This document shows, in pieces, positions 1 to 10,157 of a stretch of 64,000 bases of DNA; the stretch's first letter is position 1; each line of letters begins with the position of its first letter. The stretch is from an uncultured Hyphomicrobiales bacterium (GTDB lineage: Bacteria; Bacteroidota; Ignavibacteria; Kapaibacteriales; UBA2268). The notes beneath the pieces were generated by a model that was not told the DNA's origin, ran no database searches, and saw only the letters and a list, made by a program, of their open reading frames with translations. The DNA lies in the NCBI GenBank assembly GCA_964473465.1, contig CAYYPE010000002.1, positions 243,826 through 307,825 on the forward strand, read 5' to 3'. Position numbers and translations under genes: made by a program.

Positions 1-25
1 TTTTTTTCGGAAATTAGATTTTAAT

Positions 26-316
26 TTGGAGAGATTTATGGCACTCAAAAACAATTCTGATAATTACTTGAAAATTACTGGTTGCGATCTCGATACAAGA
101 ATTTACTTCGAGATTTACAGAAATGAAAATTCCCGAAGGAGCCCGGACATTTTTGACGCAATTATAAGAGACAGCGAATATGTTCCTGAGCTTAATCAAT
201 ATCTCAGAAATGGATTCTCAGGTTCCGCATCAAACACATTTAATGATGTAATAACCAAATGCTATAATTGTTTAAAAAAGCTACCCGGATTTTCTGATTG
301 GAGGGATAGTTTATGA
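26..316 (+). CDS. hypothetical small protein (96 aa), first of three tightly packed co-directional genes ending in a portal-like gene
   Basis: ORF with ATG; overlaps the next ORF by 4 nt (ATGA), suggesting translational coupling; no recognisable motif. Confidence 0.4.
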   Translation: MERFMALKNNSDNYLKITGCDLDTRIYFEIYRNENSRRSPDIFDAIIRDSEYVPELNQYLRNGFSGSASNTFNDVITKCYNCLKKLPGFSDWRDSL

Positions 317-759
317 GAATCAATATTTATCTTTTGCTTGTTTTAAGCCTCACAGCTGGATTTCTGACAGGCTATCTTTTAAAACATGATAAATCCACCG
401 AAATTAATAACATTAAAGAAATCTATATCAAGGATTCTGTTGAGAAAATAAAATATTCTGAACCAATATATATAACAAAAGTTAAAACAAAGATTATTAA
501 AACATCTGACAGTCAGATTGTTACTAACCCCTTTATTTCTAAATTAGATACCATAATCAATCAGGATACCATCAGTGCAATATATGAATTCCCCGATAAT
601 CTTTTATCAATCAAATTAAATTCAGCTCCGGACACAATGATTTTGAGAAAAATTGAAATCATTAAGAGCAAACCAAAAGAAGAACAATGGTGGGAAGTTC
701 CGCTTTATATAACCGGTGGCATTATTCTTGGTTTTCTGATTGGTTCTGCTGGAAAGTGA
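313..759 (+). CDS. hypothetical membrane protein (148 aa), hydrophobic segments at both termini
   Basis: N-terminal TM (LLLVLSLTAGFLTGYLL) and C-terminal TM (ITGGIILGFLIGSAG); overlaps upstream ORF by 4 nt. Confidence 0.45.
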   Translation: MRINIYLLLVLSLTAGFLTGYLLKHDKSTEINNIKEIYIKDSVEKIKYSEPIYITKVKTKIIKTSDSQIVTNPFISKLDTIINQDTISAIYEFPDNLLSIKLNSAPDTMILRKIEIIKSKPKEEQWWEVPLYITGGIILGFLIGSAGK

Positions 760-765
760 GGATAT

Positions 766-1911
766 ATGAACACAAAAAATCTCTTTACTGAACTTGTAAA
801 CAGGGAAAATCAGAACTTTTTGTTTAGTATTATGAATAATCTGCCAAACCCGGATAAAATTTTAAGAAGAACAGGAAAAACCATTGAAGCATATAGGGAT
901 TTGAAGAGCGACCCTCATGTTTGGAGCTGCATTCAATCCCGAAAAAGCGGTCTTCTGGGGCTTGAATATACAATAGCACAAAATAATTCTGAAACGAAAG
1001 CTCTGAAATTCATCGAAGATGTATTTAATTCACTCGATATAAATCAGATTCAAAGGGATATACTCGAAGCCCCACTCTTTGGTTATCAGCCAATAGAAGT
1101 AATGTGGAAGCAAACAGAAGGACAGAGAAAATTCGTTGTGCCAAGCAACTTGATTGCCAAACCGCAGGAATGGTTCTTTTTTGACATCAAGGGTAATCTC
1201 AAATTCAAAAAGTCATCAGTGCCAGATGGAATTCACCCACCCCCTATGAAAATTTTAAATGTTCAATTTGAACCTGACTATCTCAATCCTTATGGTCATT
1301 CCCTCCTCTCGAAGTGCTATTGGGCGGTTATATTTAAAAATGGGGGTATTAAATTCTGGGTTAATTTCACCGAAAAATACGGTATGCCTCTGATTCTCGG
1401 GCATTACACACGTGGGGCTTCCTCCGAAGAAATTCAAAAACTTGCTGATGTTCTTGCGGATATGGCAGAAGATTCTGTTATCGTCTCACCTTCGGATATT
1501 GAAATTGAAATGAAGGAAGCCGTTAGATTTAGCTCCATAAGTCTTTATAAAGAACTCATAAAATTCTGCAATGCCGAAATTTCAAAAGCCATTCTATCGC
1601 AAACTTTAACGACTGAAATCGAAATGGGGTCTCTTGCGGCTTCTCAAACACATTTTAAAGTCAGAAAAGATGTTATCCTTTCTGATATCAAACTGGTCGA
1701 AAAAACTCTGAATAAGTTAATTCAATGGATTGTTGAGCTTAATTTCGGAAACATACAATGTCCGTCCTTCAAATTGATTCTGAATGATTCAGATAATAGT
1801 CAGAAAATCGAAAGAGATTTGAAAATTTCGCAAACTGGAATGATAAGGCTAACCAAGAAATACTGGATGAATTCCTATGGTTTCAATGATGATGAAATAA
1901 TGGAATTATGA
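766..1911 (+). CDS. phage portal-like protein, possibly DUF935/Mu gp29 family (tentative)
   Basis: N-terminal NPDKILRRTGKTIEAYRDL..DPHVWSCIQSRKSGLLGLEYTI and C-terminal SKAILSQTLTTEIEMGSLAASQTHFKVRKD...VELNFGN resemble, from memory, the conserved blocks of Mu gp29-type portal proteins. At 381 aa it is shorter than typical members (about 500 aa). Confidence 0.35.
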   Translation: MNTKNLFTELVNRENQNFLFSIMNNLPNPDKILRRTGKTIEAYRDLKSDPHVWSCIQSRKSGLLGLEYTIAQNNSETKALKFIEDVFNSLDINQIQRDILEAPLFGYQPIEVMWKQTEGQRKFVVPSNLIAKPQEWFFFDIKGNLKFKKSSVPDGIHPPPMKILNVQFEPDYLNPYGHSLLSKCYWAVIFKNGGIKFWVNFTEKYGMPLILGHYTRGASSEEIQKLADVLADMAEDSVIVSPSDIEIEMKEAVRFSSISLYKELIKFCNAEISKAILSQTLTTEIEMGSLAASQTHFKVRKDVILSDIKLVEKTLNKLIQWIVELNFGNIQCPSFKLILNDSDNSQKIERDLKISQTGMIRLTKKYWMNSYGFNDDEIMEL

Positions 1912-1936
1912 TTTCTTTCTGTTAAAATCCAAATGT

Positions 1937-3232
1937 TTATTTTATACCAAGTCTGTTGAAAATATAATCTACAGACTTGTAAATTTCATCAAATGAAAAA
2001 AGATTTGTTACTTCATCTTTTGTTAAATGAGTCATCAACTCATCGTTCCCGACAACGGAATCATAAAAATTTTGCTTTGTCTCCCATGTTTTCATAGCTG
2101 ATTTTTGAACAAGCTCATAAGCGTATTGCCTTTTTAATCCTTTTTTAGTCAGTGCAAGCAAAACCTTCTGGGAATAAATTAAACCGTTTGTTAAATTTAG
2201 ATTTTTGAGCATATTATCGGGATAGACAATCAATTTTTCGAGCAAATCAATTGTTTTATTAAGTATATAATCAAGAGAAATCGTTGAATCGGGGAGAATA
2301 ATTCTCTCAACACTGCTATGGGAAATATCTCTTTCGTGCCACAAGGCATTGTTTTCAATTGCTGCAAGTGCATTTGAGCGTATCAAACGTGCCTGACCGC
2401 ATATATTTTCGGCAGTAATTGGATTTCGTTTATGCGGCATTGCTGAACTGCCTTTTTGACCCTTTGAAAAATATTCCTCAGCCTCAAGAACTTCCGTTCT
2501 CTGCAAATGACGGACTTCGAGTGCAATTTTTTCAAGCATGGAGGCTATAATTGCCAGAGTTGACAGAAAGAATGCATGCCTGTCCCTCTGAACAATCTGA
2601 GTGGATATCAAAGCCGGACTTATTCCCAGTTTTGAACAGACATATTCCTCCACTTTAGGAGATATATGCTCGAATGTTCCAACTGCACCGCTGATTTTTC
2701 CTGCAGCAACATCTTTTATTGCTTTTTCAAGTCTTTCGATATTTCGCTGGCACTCAGAAAACCATAAGGCAAATTTTAGCCCGAAGGTCATCGGTTCAGC
2801 ATGAACACCATGAGAACGACCGATGCAGGGTGTATTTTTAAATTCAATAGCCCTTTTCCTCAGAACATCTTTTAACCGAATTAAACCTTGAAGAAGAATT
2901 TCACCGGCACGTTTGCATTGGACAGCAAGACAAGTGTCAAGAACATCGCTTGAAGTCATTCCCAGATGGAGGTATCTTGCTTCCTCGCCGATATATTCTT
3001 CTAAGTTTGTTAAAAAAGCAATAACATCGTGTTTGGTTATTTTTTCGATTTCTAAAATTTTTGCAACATCAAATTTTGCTTCTTGACGGATTTTTTTGGC
3101 TGATGCTTCGGGAATTTCTCCCAGTGCCGCAAGAGCTTCGCAAGCAAGAACTTCAATTTCCAGCCAGATTGAATATTTTGTTTCATCTGTCCAGATATTC
3201 CCCATTTCCGGTCGTGTGTATCTTGGAATCAT
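1937..3232 (-). CDS. purB: adenylosuccinate lyase
   Basis: Full-length 431 aa; fumarate-lyase signature GSSAMPHKRNP and HLGMTSSDV; N-terminus MIPRYTRPEMGNIW typical of PurB. Confidence 0.95.
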   Translation of the reverse strand: MIPRYTRPEMGNIWTDETKYSIWLEIEVLACEALAALGEIPEASAKKIRQEAKFDVAKILEIEKITKHDVIAFLTNLEEYIGEEARYLHLGMTSSDVLDTCLAVQCKRAGEILLQGLIRLKDVLRKRAIEFKNTPCIGRSHGVHAEPMTFGLKFALWFSECQRNIERLEKAIKDVAAGKISGAVGTFEHISPKVEEYVCSKLGISPALISTQIVQRDRHAFFLSTLAIIASMLEKIALEVRHLQRTEVLEAEEYFSKGQKGSSAMPHKRNPITAENICGQARLIRSNALAAIENNALWHERDISHSSVERIILPDSTISLDYILNKTIDLLEKLIVYPDNMLKNLNLTNGLIYSQKVLLALTKKGLKRQYAYELVQKSAMKTWETKQNFYDSVVGNDELMTHLTKDEVTNLFSFDEIYKSVDYIFNRLGIK

Positions 3233-3243
3233 CTTGAATATCC

Positions 3244-4275
3244 TTATTTCTTCGATTTAAATAATTCCTTAACCATTTGCTCCAATTCTGCATAAAGGTT
3301 TTTATCTTCATTAAGCAGCTTTTTCATTCCTTCACGGCCTTGAGCTCTTTCACCCTTGAATGAATACCATGATCCGCTCTTTGTAATTAAACCGTGCTCT
3401 GTTCCTAAATCAATCATATCGCCCAGCTTCGAAATGCCTTCATTATATAATATATCAAACTCAACTTCTTTGAAAGGGGGTGCTACTTTGTTTTTGACCA
3501 CCTTCACTCTGACACGGTTGCCGATAATATCCTGCCCTTCTTTTATTACTTCTTTTCTTCTAATATCAATCCTTACTGAAGCATAAAATTTAAGTGCATT
3601 GCCGCCTGTAGTTGTTTCGGGATTTCCAAACATTACACCGATTTTGCTTCTGAGCTGATTGGTAAAAATTACGCATGTGTTCGATTTTCCGATTGCGGCA
3701 TTTAATTTTCGCATTGCCTGAGACATAAGTCTTGCCTGAGACCCCATCTGAGCATCGCCCATTTCACCTTCAATTTCTACTCTTGGCGTTAAAGCTGCTA
3801 CTGAATCTATTACAATAACATCAATAGCACTGCTTCTAACGAGCGTTTCAACTATTTCGAGAGCTTGCTCGCCAAATTCGGGTTGCGACAGCAAAAGAGA
3901 GTTTAGGTCTATTCCAAGCCTTTGGCAATAATTTATATCAAGGGCATGCTCAGTGTCAATAAATGCAGCCAGACCGCCCATTTTTTGTGCCTCTGCAATT
4001 ACATGTAGTGATACAGTTGTTTTTCCTGATGATTCCGGACCAAAAATTTCGGTTATTCTACCTCGTGGCGCTCCGCCTATTCCAATTGCATTGTCAAGCG
4101 ATAGACATCCGGTAGAAATGGCATCAACCTGCACTATGTTTGTGTCGCTCAACCTCATAATTGAGCCTTTACCATGATTTTTTTCGATTTGTTCTATTGC
4201 AGTTTTGACTGCTTTTAGTTTTTCTTCGCTCATTTTTTTTGGCTCTACTGCCTCTTTGTTTTCTTTTGCTGACAT
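3244..4275 (-). CDS. recA: recombinase RecA
   Basis: Walker [10 protein letters not shown]; RecA blocks [51 protein letters not shown]. Confidence 0.97.
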   Translation of the reverse strand: MSAKENKEAVEPKKMSEEKLKAVKTAIEQIEKNHGKGSIMRLSDTNIVQVDAISTGCLSLDNAIGIGGAPRGRITEIFGPESSGKTTVSLHVIAEAQKMGGLAAFIDTEHALDINYCQRLGIDLNSLLLSQPEFGEQALEIVETLVRSSAIDVIVIDSVAALTPRVEIEGEMGDAQMGSQARLMSQAMRKLNAAIGKSNTCVIFTNQLRSKIGVMFGNPETTTGGNALKFYASVRIDIRRKEVIKEGQDIIGNRVRVKVVKNKVAPPFKEVEFDILYNEGISKLGDMIDLGTEHGLITKSGSWYSFKGERAQGREGMKKLLNEDKNLYAELEQMVKELFKSKK

Positions 4276-4366
4276 TTTCTTTCTAAATTATTTGTAAAAA
4301 ATTTTTCTATAACTTAATAAAAAAGTTCGTTTTTTTCTCAGCATTTTCTAACTTATCAAAATTGAA

Positions 4367-5437
4367 TTATTCAACAAAATAAATTCCATTATAAGAAAAA
4401 CTGAGTAATAGTGCAATTAATGCAATCCAGCCAATTATTTTTCGCTTCGGGTCGAGAACAGTATTATCATAAACAGGAGGGTGTTTGAGTTTTATAAAAA
4501 ACCGGGTTATCAATCCCCAGAAAATCCATCCGCCCCATCCTTGAAAATACCATGGTATTGTTTGTTTTATCCAGCTCAAAACAGGCAGAATTGTATTTTG
4601 CAAGAAAATATAAATCCCTGATGGATTATCATAGTTCAGCAATTCATATAATAACGATAGCACTGAACCAAAACCTATTATTACTATCAGCCACCATACA
4701 TATTTTGCTATTATATGCTGCTTTTCTCCGAACATAGCATAAGTAACATGACCGCCGTCAAGCTGACCAAGCGGGAGCATATTTAAGGCTGTTACAAATA
4801 AACCGAACCAGCCAACGCATAAAAATGGATAATGATAAACCTCATTCATTGGCGGCAGCCAACCGTTTGGATTAGCAAACAAGCTGCTCATAAATGAAAA
4901 AAGGAGAGTGTCGCCAAAATGAAGACCCGTATCTAATACTCCTGTTATCTGATAATGTGGGTGTATCGTATATATGAATTCTTTTGGTGGAAGTGTTTGA
5001 AATCCAATTATTAAAAAAATCAAACATACAATGAAACCAGAAATAGGTCCGGCTACACCAATATCGAATAGTGCTTTTTTGCTTGTGATTGGACTTCGGG
5101 TTTTTATCACTGCCCCGAATGTTCCGAACAGCATTATTTCGGGAATTGGGATTGGAATATAGTAGGGCAGTGTTGCATCAACTTTATGATATCGAGCTGC
5201 AAAATAATGACCAAATTCATGAGCCGATAAAAAAGTTAAAACAAGAACTGCATACGTTAAACCAGATGACCAATTTGCTATATCTAAGTAATTTTCCCCC
5301 GCCCAAAGGGCTCCTGCTATTGTGCAGGTAAGAAAAGTTGCTAAAAACAATAGAAGGTGGACGCTCCAATGTGTGCTTTTTGGTTTAGCATAATAAGGCT
5401 CATTTGCAAGATATCTGGATGAATATGGATTATCCAT
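4367..5437 (-). CDS. site-2 protease family (M50) integral-membrane zinc metalloprotease
   Basis: HEFGHY (HExxH) inside a TM segment plus a downstream LPLGQLDGGH motif; multiple TM helices. Confidence 0.7.
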   Translation of the reverse strand: MDNPYSSRYLANEPYYAKPKSTHWSVHLLLFLATFLTCTIAGALWAGENYLDIANWSSGLTYAVLVLTFLSAHEFGHYFAARYHKVDATLPYYIPIPIPEIMLFGTFGAVIKTRSPITSKKALFDIGVAGPISGFIVCLIFLIIGFQTLPPKEFIYTIHPHYQITGVLDTGLHFGDTLLFSFMSSLFANPNGWLPPMNEVYHYPFLCVGWFGLFVTALNMLPLGQLDGGHVTYAMFGEKQHIIAKYVWWLIVIIGFGSVLSLLYELLNYDNPSGIYIFLQNTILPVLSWIKQTIPWYFQGWGGWIFWGLITRFFIKLKHPPVYDNTVLDPKRKIIGWIALIALLLSFSYNGIYFVE

Positions 5438-5846
5438 TTGAACTACCTGACTTTCTTCTGCTTAAATTAAAAGTAATTATACCTGTATCACTTATTTTTA
5501 AATTTGTTTCTTTCATTGAAAATCGAAAATCAATAAATTTATCGAAAATTTTATCCTTTATTTTTGCCTCTGACTGAAAATTAAAAACAGTCATTTTATA
5601 ATTATTTTTTATTAGCATTTTCTTCAATATTCCGCTTAATTTCCTGAATATTTTTCTCTTATCGTAATCTAATCCAACTTTAAGAAAATAAAAGCCGTTA
5701 ATTATTCCAATAACTGAGATTACTAAAGAATATACTCTAATCAATGATATAATATCAGATGAAGATTTGATGCTAAAATTTATTGATATCAAAAGAGTTG
5801 ATAAAAATATCCAGAACATTCCGTTTATTATCAGAATATATTTCAC
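5430..5846 (-). CDS. hypothetical small membrane protein (2 TM plus a soluble C-terminal domain, bacterial PH/YdbS-like?)
   Basis: Very AT-rich ORF; two N-terminal TM helices then a basic soluble domain; overlaps the next gene by 1 nt. Confidence 0.4.
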   Translation of the reverse strand: MKYILIINGMFWIFLSTLLISINFSIKSSSDIISLIRVYSLVISVIGIINGFYFLKVGLDYDKRKIFRKLSGILKKMLIKNNYKMTVFNFQSEAKIKDKIFDKFIDFRFSMKETNLKISDTGIITFNLSRRKSGSSNG

Positions 5847-6283
5847 TATATATTGAAATATTTATTTAAATAATACCAAATTTGATTGAAATTCCCGTTT
5901 AATGCATCATAAATTTCAACATAAACAAATAGAATTATCGAAACTACAAAATATGAAATTATTATTATTTTAATTCTGTTTTGCTTTTTATGTATGTCTG
6001 ATTCCGGATCATTAAGCAACTTAAAAAAAAATCTGTATCTGTCCTTATGCAAAAAAATCAGGTAGTTGACTATCACCAGCAAAATAAAAACAATCAGACT
6101 AACCAATTTTAAGATAAGATGTAATTTATATAATGCATTAATATAAATTATTAACGTTGCAATATTTATCCCTTGAAAAAAGGATAAAATAAAGACAACC
6201 ATAATGCTCTTATTAAAATTATCCTTTTTGAAATTAAAAAAGGATAAAAGACCGAGATATATGCTATGATAAAATTTAAGCAC
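5846..6283 (-). CDS. hypothetical polytopic membrane protein (145 aa)
   Basis: Three to four predicted TM helices; extremely AT-rich; no recognisable motif. Confidence 0.4.
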   Translation of the reverse strand: MLKFYHSIYLGLLSFFNFKKDNFNKSIMVVFILSFFQGINIATLIIYINALYKLHLILKLVSLIVFILLVIVNYLIFLHKDRYRFFFKLLNDPESDIHKKQNRIKIIIISYFVVSIILFVYVEIYDALNGNFNQIWYYLNKYFNI

Positions 6284-6298
6284 TTTACATCAAAAAAA

Positions 6299-7810
6299 TT
6301 AAATTTTGGATTTTTCCGGTCTCATTTGCGGGAAAAATAAAACATCTCTGATTGATTTTTCTCCGGTAAGCAGCATAACAAGTCTGTCAATTCCAATTCC
6401 AAGTCCGGCAGTTGGAGGCATTCCAACTTCAAGGGCATACAGGAAATCTTCGTCAACAACCATAGCCTCTTCATCACCACCGGCACGCATTAGAGCCTGC
6501 TCTTCGAGTCTTTGTCTCTGATCACGAGGGTCGTTCAGTTCCGAAAATGCATTTGCGACTTCGAACCCGGCAATAAATAATTCAAATCGTTCAACAATAC
6601 CTTCCTCGCTTCTATGTTTTTTTGCAAGTGGGGACATCTCCACCGGATAATCAATCATAAAAGTGGGCTGAATTAAATGTGGTTGAACTTTCACAGAAAA
6701 TATTTCATCAAGAATTTTCATCGCACCTGATTTTTCTTCAACTTCAACATTAAGTTTTTTGGCAGCATTATAAAGTTCTTCTCTTGTTAAATTTTTTAGG
6801 TTCATACCAGTATATTCAAGGAGAAGGTCATACATTTTAGCCCTTCTGAAAGGCTTTTCAAGCTTAATCTCCCTCCCGTCATATTCTAACATTTCTGTTC
6901 CATTAACCTTTTTGGCTATTGTTATCAGCAGGTCTTCTGTCATATCCATCATCCAGTTATAATCTTTGTATGCAACGTAAATTTCCATTGATGTAAACTC
7001 AGGATTATGCATTCTGTCCATACCCTCATTTCGGAAATTCTTGCTGATTTCATAAACTCCCTCGAAACCTCCAACAATCAATCTTTTAAGGTAAAGCTCA
7101 TCGGCTATTCTAAGGTATAAATCTATGTCCAGAGCGTTATGATGAGTAATAAAAGGTCTTGCTGTTGCCCCACCATACAAAGGTTGCAGGATAGGAGTTT
7201 CGACTTCGAGCCAGCCACGTGAATCAAAATAATGACGCATCTCTGTAATAATTTTAGCTCTTTTTTTAAAGGTTTCCCTGATTTGGTGATTGACAATTAA
7301 ATCAAGATACCTCTTACGATATCGTTGCTCAACATCGGCAAAAGCATCGTATACGATTTTGTTTCCTGCTTCATCAATCTCTTCTTTTGGTGTTGGCAAA
7401 ACTCTTAGAGATTTACACAGGATTTCAACCTTCCTTGCGTGAACAGTAATCTCGCCCATTCTGGTTCTGAAAACAAAACCCTCAACCCCGATAATATCTC
7501 CGATATCCAGTAACTTTAGTTTATCATAAAAATCCGGCAAATCATTTTGTTTAAAATATATTTGAATCTTATCACTTTCGTCCCGAATATCGCAGAATGT
7601 TGCTTTTCCCATTGTTCTTATTGTCATTATTCGTCCGGCAACACTGACATTTTCGAATTTCGAAGGATCGTCGTCTCTGAAATTTGTTTGTATCTCTTTG
7701 TTTGATATGTTTTTATTGAATGAATATGGGAATACATTAATCCCTGCTTGCTCGAGTTCTTCGAGTTCTTCTAATCTTCTGATTTCCTGATCGTTTCTTT
7801 GTAAACTCAT
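6299..7810 (-). CDS. lysS: lysyl-tRNA synthetase (class II)
   Basis: 503 aa; OB-fold anticodon-binding N-terminus; class II motifs ([34 protein letters not shown]). Confidence 0.95.
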   Translation of the reverse strand: MSLQRNDQEIRRLEELEELEQAGINVFPYSFNKNISNKEIQTNFRDDDPSKFENVSVAGRIMTIRTMGKATFCDIRDESDKIQIYFKQNDLPDFYDKLKLLDIGDIIGVEGFVFRTRMGEITVHARKVEILCKSLRVLPTPKEEIDEAGNKIVYDAFADVEQRYRKRYLDLIVNHQIRETFKKRAKIITEMRHYFDSRGWLEVETPILQPLYGGATARPFITHHNALDIDLYLRIADELYLKRLIVGGFEGVYEISKNFRNEGMDRMHNPEFTSMEIYVAYKDYNWMMDMTEDLLITIAKKVNGTEMLEYDGREIKLEKPFRRAKMYDLLLEYTGMNLKNLTREELYNAAKKLNVEVEEKSGAMKILDEIFSVKVQPHLIQPTFMIDYPVEMSPLAKKHRSEEGIVERFELFIAGFEVANAFSELNDPRDQRQRLEEQALMRAGGDEEAMVVDEDFLYALEVGMPPTAGLGIGIDRLVMLLTGEKSIRDVLFFPQMRPEKSKI

Positions 7811-8125
7811 TTATTTAACATATTTTAAAAAATTGAAAAATATAAAATTAAGAATATTATGATTAATGAGTTAGAAAAAAATTGTAATTTTCTATTTTTA
7901 TCCATTCATTCATTCCTTTGTTATATATTTATAACAGTTTTTTGTTTTTCTGAACAAAATCATTAAATTGGTTTTTTTAATAAATAATCATTTTTTCTGT
8001 CAGAATATCCTGATATATCCGTTGTTATTGCTGCCCGAAATGAAGAGAAATTCATTTCTTATTGCATTGACTCGCTCTTAAATCAAACTTACAAAGGAAA
8101 TATTTTCATTATTATAGTTGATGGA

Positions 8126-9001
8126 ATGTCTCAGGACTCCACTCAGTCAATTGTCGAGGATTATATCCAGAAAAATAATAATATAATCCTTCTTAAAAAT
8201 GAAAAAATTCTTCAATCATCGGGAAGAAATCTGGGTATTACTTTTGCCAAAACCCCACTGGTTGCCTATATTGATGCTCATAGCTTTGCTGAAAAAGACT
8301 GGCTCGAGCAGCTTTATTCTTCTTATTCAAAACTTTCTGAAACCGACGACAAAATTATCGGAGTGGGCAGTATTTATAAAAATGCCGAAAATACCTTATT
8401 TTCAATTGCCTCAGAAATAGCTTTTGAAAGTATTATTATTGGAACAACAAAGGCTTCATTTCTAAAAAAGAAAAAAATCGAAAAAGTCGATAATGCCTAT
8501 GCCTGTCTCTATGATATAAAGAAACTAACAAATGTCGGACTTTATAACCCTGAATTAGCGGTCGGGGAAGATATGGAATTAAACAATAGACTAACGTATA
8601 AGCTCGGATATAATCTTTACGTAAATCCTGATGCAATCACCTATTATTTTCGTAGAAATACTATCTCAGGAATATTCAAACAGCAGATGAATTATGGCTT
8701 CTGGCGTCTTAAGGTTCTAAAATTGCTTGATATGTTCAATTTCAAAGTTTTTGCACCGGGTATTTTTTTATTAATTTTGTTCTTGCTTTTTGTGTTTAGT
8801 TTTTTTTCAAAATTCTCTCTTTTCCTTTTTATTTTTTTGATATTAATTTATTTGCTGATAATCATCTTATCAACAATTTATTATTCATTAAAGAGCAAAA
8901 AAATTCTTAGTTACTTGATTTTTATATTTCCTGCAATTCATTTTGGTTATGGTTTTGGCGTTTTGAAAAGTTTACTAAAATTCAAAGGGATAAAAAATTA
9001 A
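8126..9001 (+). CDS. GT2 polyprenol-phosphate glycosyltransferase (GtrB/DPM1-like) with C-terminal TM helices. Coordinates are the first-ATG ORF; the real start is probably near 7997.
   Basis: Conserved GT-A N-terminus YPDISVVIAARNEEKFISYCIDSLLNQTYKGNIFIIIVDGMSQDST is encoded in-frame immediately upstream of the first ATG (see findings). C-terminal about 90 aa form 3-4 TM helices as in GtrB. Confidence 0.85.
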   Translation: MSQDSTQSIVEDYIQKNNNIILLKNEKILQSSGRNLGITFAKTPLVAYIDAHSFAEKDWLEQLYSSYSKLSETDDKIIGVGSIYKNAENTLFSIASEIAFESIIIGTTKASFLKKKKIEKVDNAYACLYDIKKLTNVGLYNPELAVGEDMELNNRLTYKLGYNLYVNPDAITYYFRRNTISGIFKQQMNYGFWRLKVLKLLDMFNFKVFAPGIFLLILFLLFVFSFFSKFSLFLFIFLILIYLLIIILSTIYYSLKSKKILSYLIFIFPAIHFGYGFGVLKSLLKFKGIKN

Positions 9002-9071
9002 AAAAAACAATATAAAGTTCTGTATTTTTAACGCTCTTTACTATCCCCATACAGGGGGGGTCGAAAGGTAT

Positions 9072-10157
9072 GTGCATCAGCTGTCCCAAAAATTAATCGA
9101 ACTTGGAAATGAAGTTACTATTGTTACTTTCAACACTGAAAATGCCAATCCTTTCGAAATCATAGGTAATTTGAAAATTTTCAGACTGCCAGCTTTTAAT
9201 TTCCTGGGAGGCAGATATCCACTCCCCAAATTCAATAATAAATACTTTAGTATGATTAATGAGATTGAGAGATTGGATTTTGACTATGTTATAACCAACA
9301 TGCGATTTTATCTTAGCTCATTAATTGCAGCAAAAATAGCAAGCAGGAAGAATATTCTTTCGATATTAATCGAACATACTACAGGTCATTTTACTGTAAA
9401 TAATAAATTTTTCGATTGGATAGGGCATCATTATGAGCATTTTATATCAAATATTATAAAAAAAAGAATTGACTATTTCTTTGGGGTATCAAAAGCTTGC
9501 AGTAATTGGCTTGGGCATTTTGGGATTAAGTCAAATGGTGAAATCTTTAACGGTGTGGATTGCAATTATCAAATCAGGAACTATTTCAATATCAAGCAGA
9601 TGTATAATCTTCCTGATGACTCAATTATCATTTTTTTTGCCGGTAGATTAATTTTAGAAAAAGGTATTTTATTTCTAACCGAATCAATAAATCAATTGAC
9701 CAAAGAAATAAATAATATCTATCTTTTTATTGCCGGTGTCGGTCCTTTGTATGAAGAAATAAAAGATAAATACAGAAATACTAATAATATTATTCTTCTT
9801 CAACAGATTGAATATGACGCCGTGATGAATTTCCTCAGTCAAACGGATATTGTGGTCATCCCTTCGTTCTATCCTGAAGGATTGCCAACCTTAATATTAG
9901 AAGCCGGAGCAAATAAATGTCCAACTATCTCAACCCCGATGGGTGGTGCAAGGGAAATCATCAGCGACATTAATTACGGAATTATTATTGAACCAAAAAA
10001 TATTGATGAGATTAAAAAAGCTATCTTGTTCCTGATTGAAAATCCAGAGAAAAGACTGACGTTAGGAGAAAATCTATATAAAAAAATATGCGAAAATTAT
10101 GACTGGAAAATTATAACTGATAATCTACTTAATGAATTGAATAATCTGAAAAAATGA
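9072..10157 (+). CDS. GT4-family glycosyltransferase. Coordinates are from the GTG ORF; the likely true start is ATA 9012 or ATT 8997.
   Basis: N-terminal GT4 block (IKFCIFNALYYPHTGGVERYVHQLSQKLIELGNEVTIVT) continues in frame upstream of the GTG; C-terminal block IVVIPSFYPEGLPTLILEAGANKCPTISTPMGGAREII matches the GT4 catalytic domain. Confidence 0.85.
   Translation: MHQLSQKLIELGNEVTIVTFNTENANPFEIIGNLKIFRLPAFNFLGGRYPLPKFNNKYFSMINEIERLDFDYVITNMRFYLSSLIAAKIASRKNILSILIEHTTGHFTVNNKFFDWIGHHYEHFISNIIKKRIDYFFGVSKACSNWLGHFGIKSNGEIFNGVDCNYQIRNYFNIKQMYNLPDDSIIIFFAGRLILEKGILFLTESINQLTKEINNIYLFIAGVGPLYEEIKDKYRNTNNIILLQQIEYDAVMNFLSQTDIVVIPSFYPEGLPTLILEAGANKCPTISTPMGGAREIISDINYGIIIEPKNIDEIKKAILFLIENPEKRLTLGENLYKKICENYDWKIITDNLLNELNNLKK

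Noticed and set aside
3356-4177. Plus-strand ORFs (76 and 74 aa) inside recA, and similar short antisense ORFs inside purB, lysS, the T9SS giant gene, aconitase, FtsW/RodA, pheT, rny and others
   Set aside because: Embedded antisense or alternative frames of genes with unambiguous homology-level signal; no independent support.
7859-7966. Short ATG ORF (about 35 codons, MINELEKNCNFLFL...) in the lysS/GT2 divergent promoter region, considered as a leader peptide or the missing N-terminus of the GT2
   Set aside because: Different frame from the GT2 and terminated before it; AT-rich low-complexity translation; more likely promoter DNA. Mentioned only because the GT2 lacks a canonical start.
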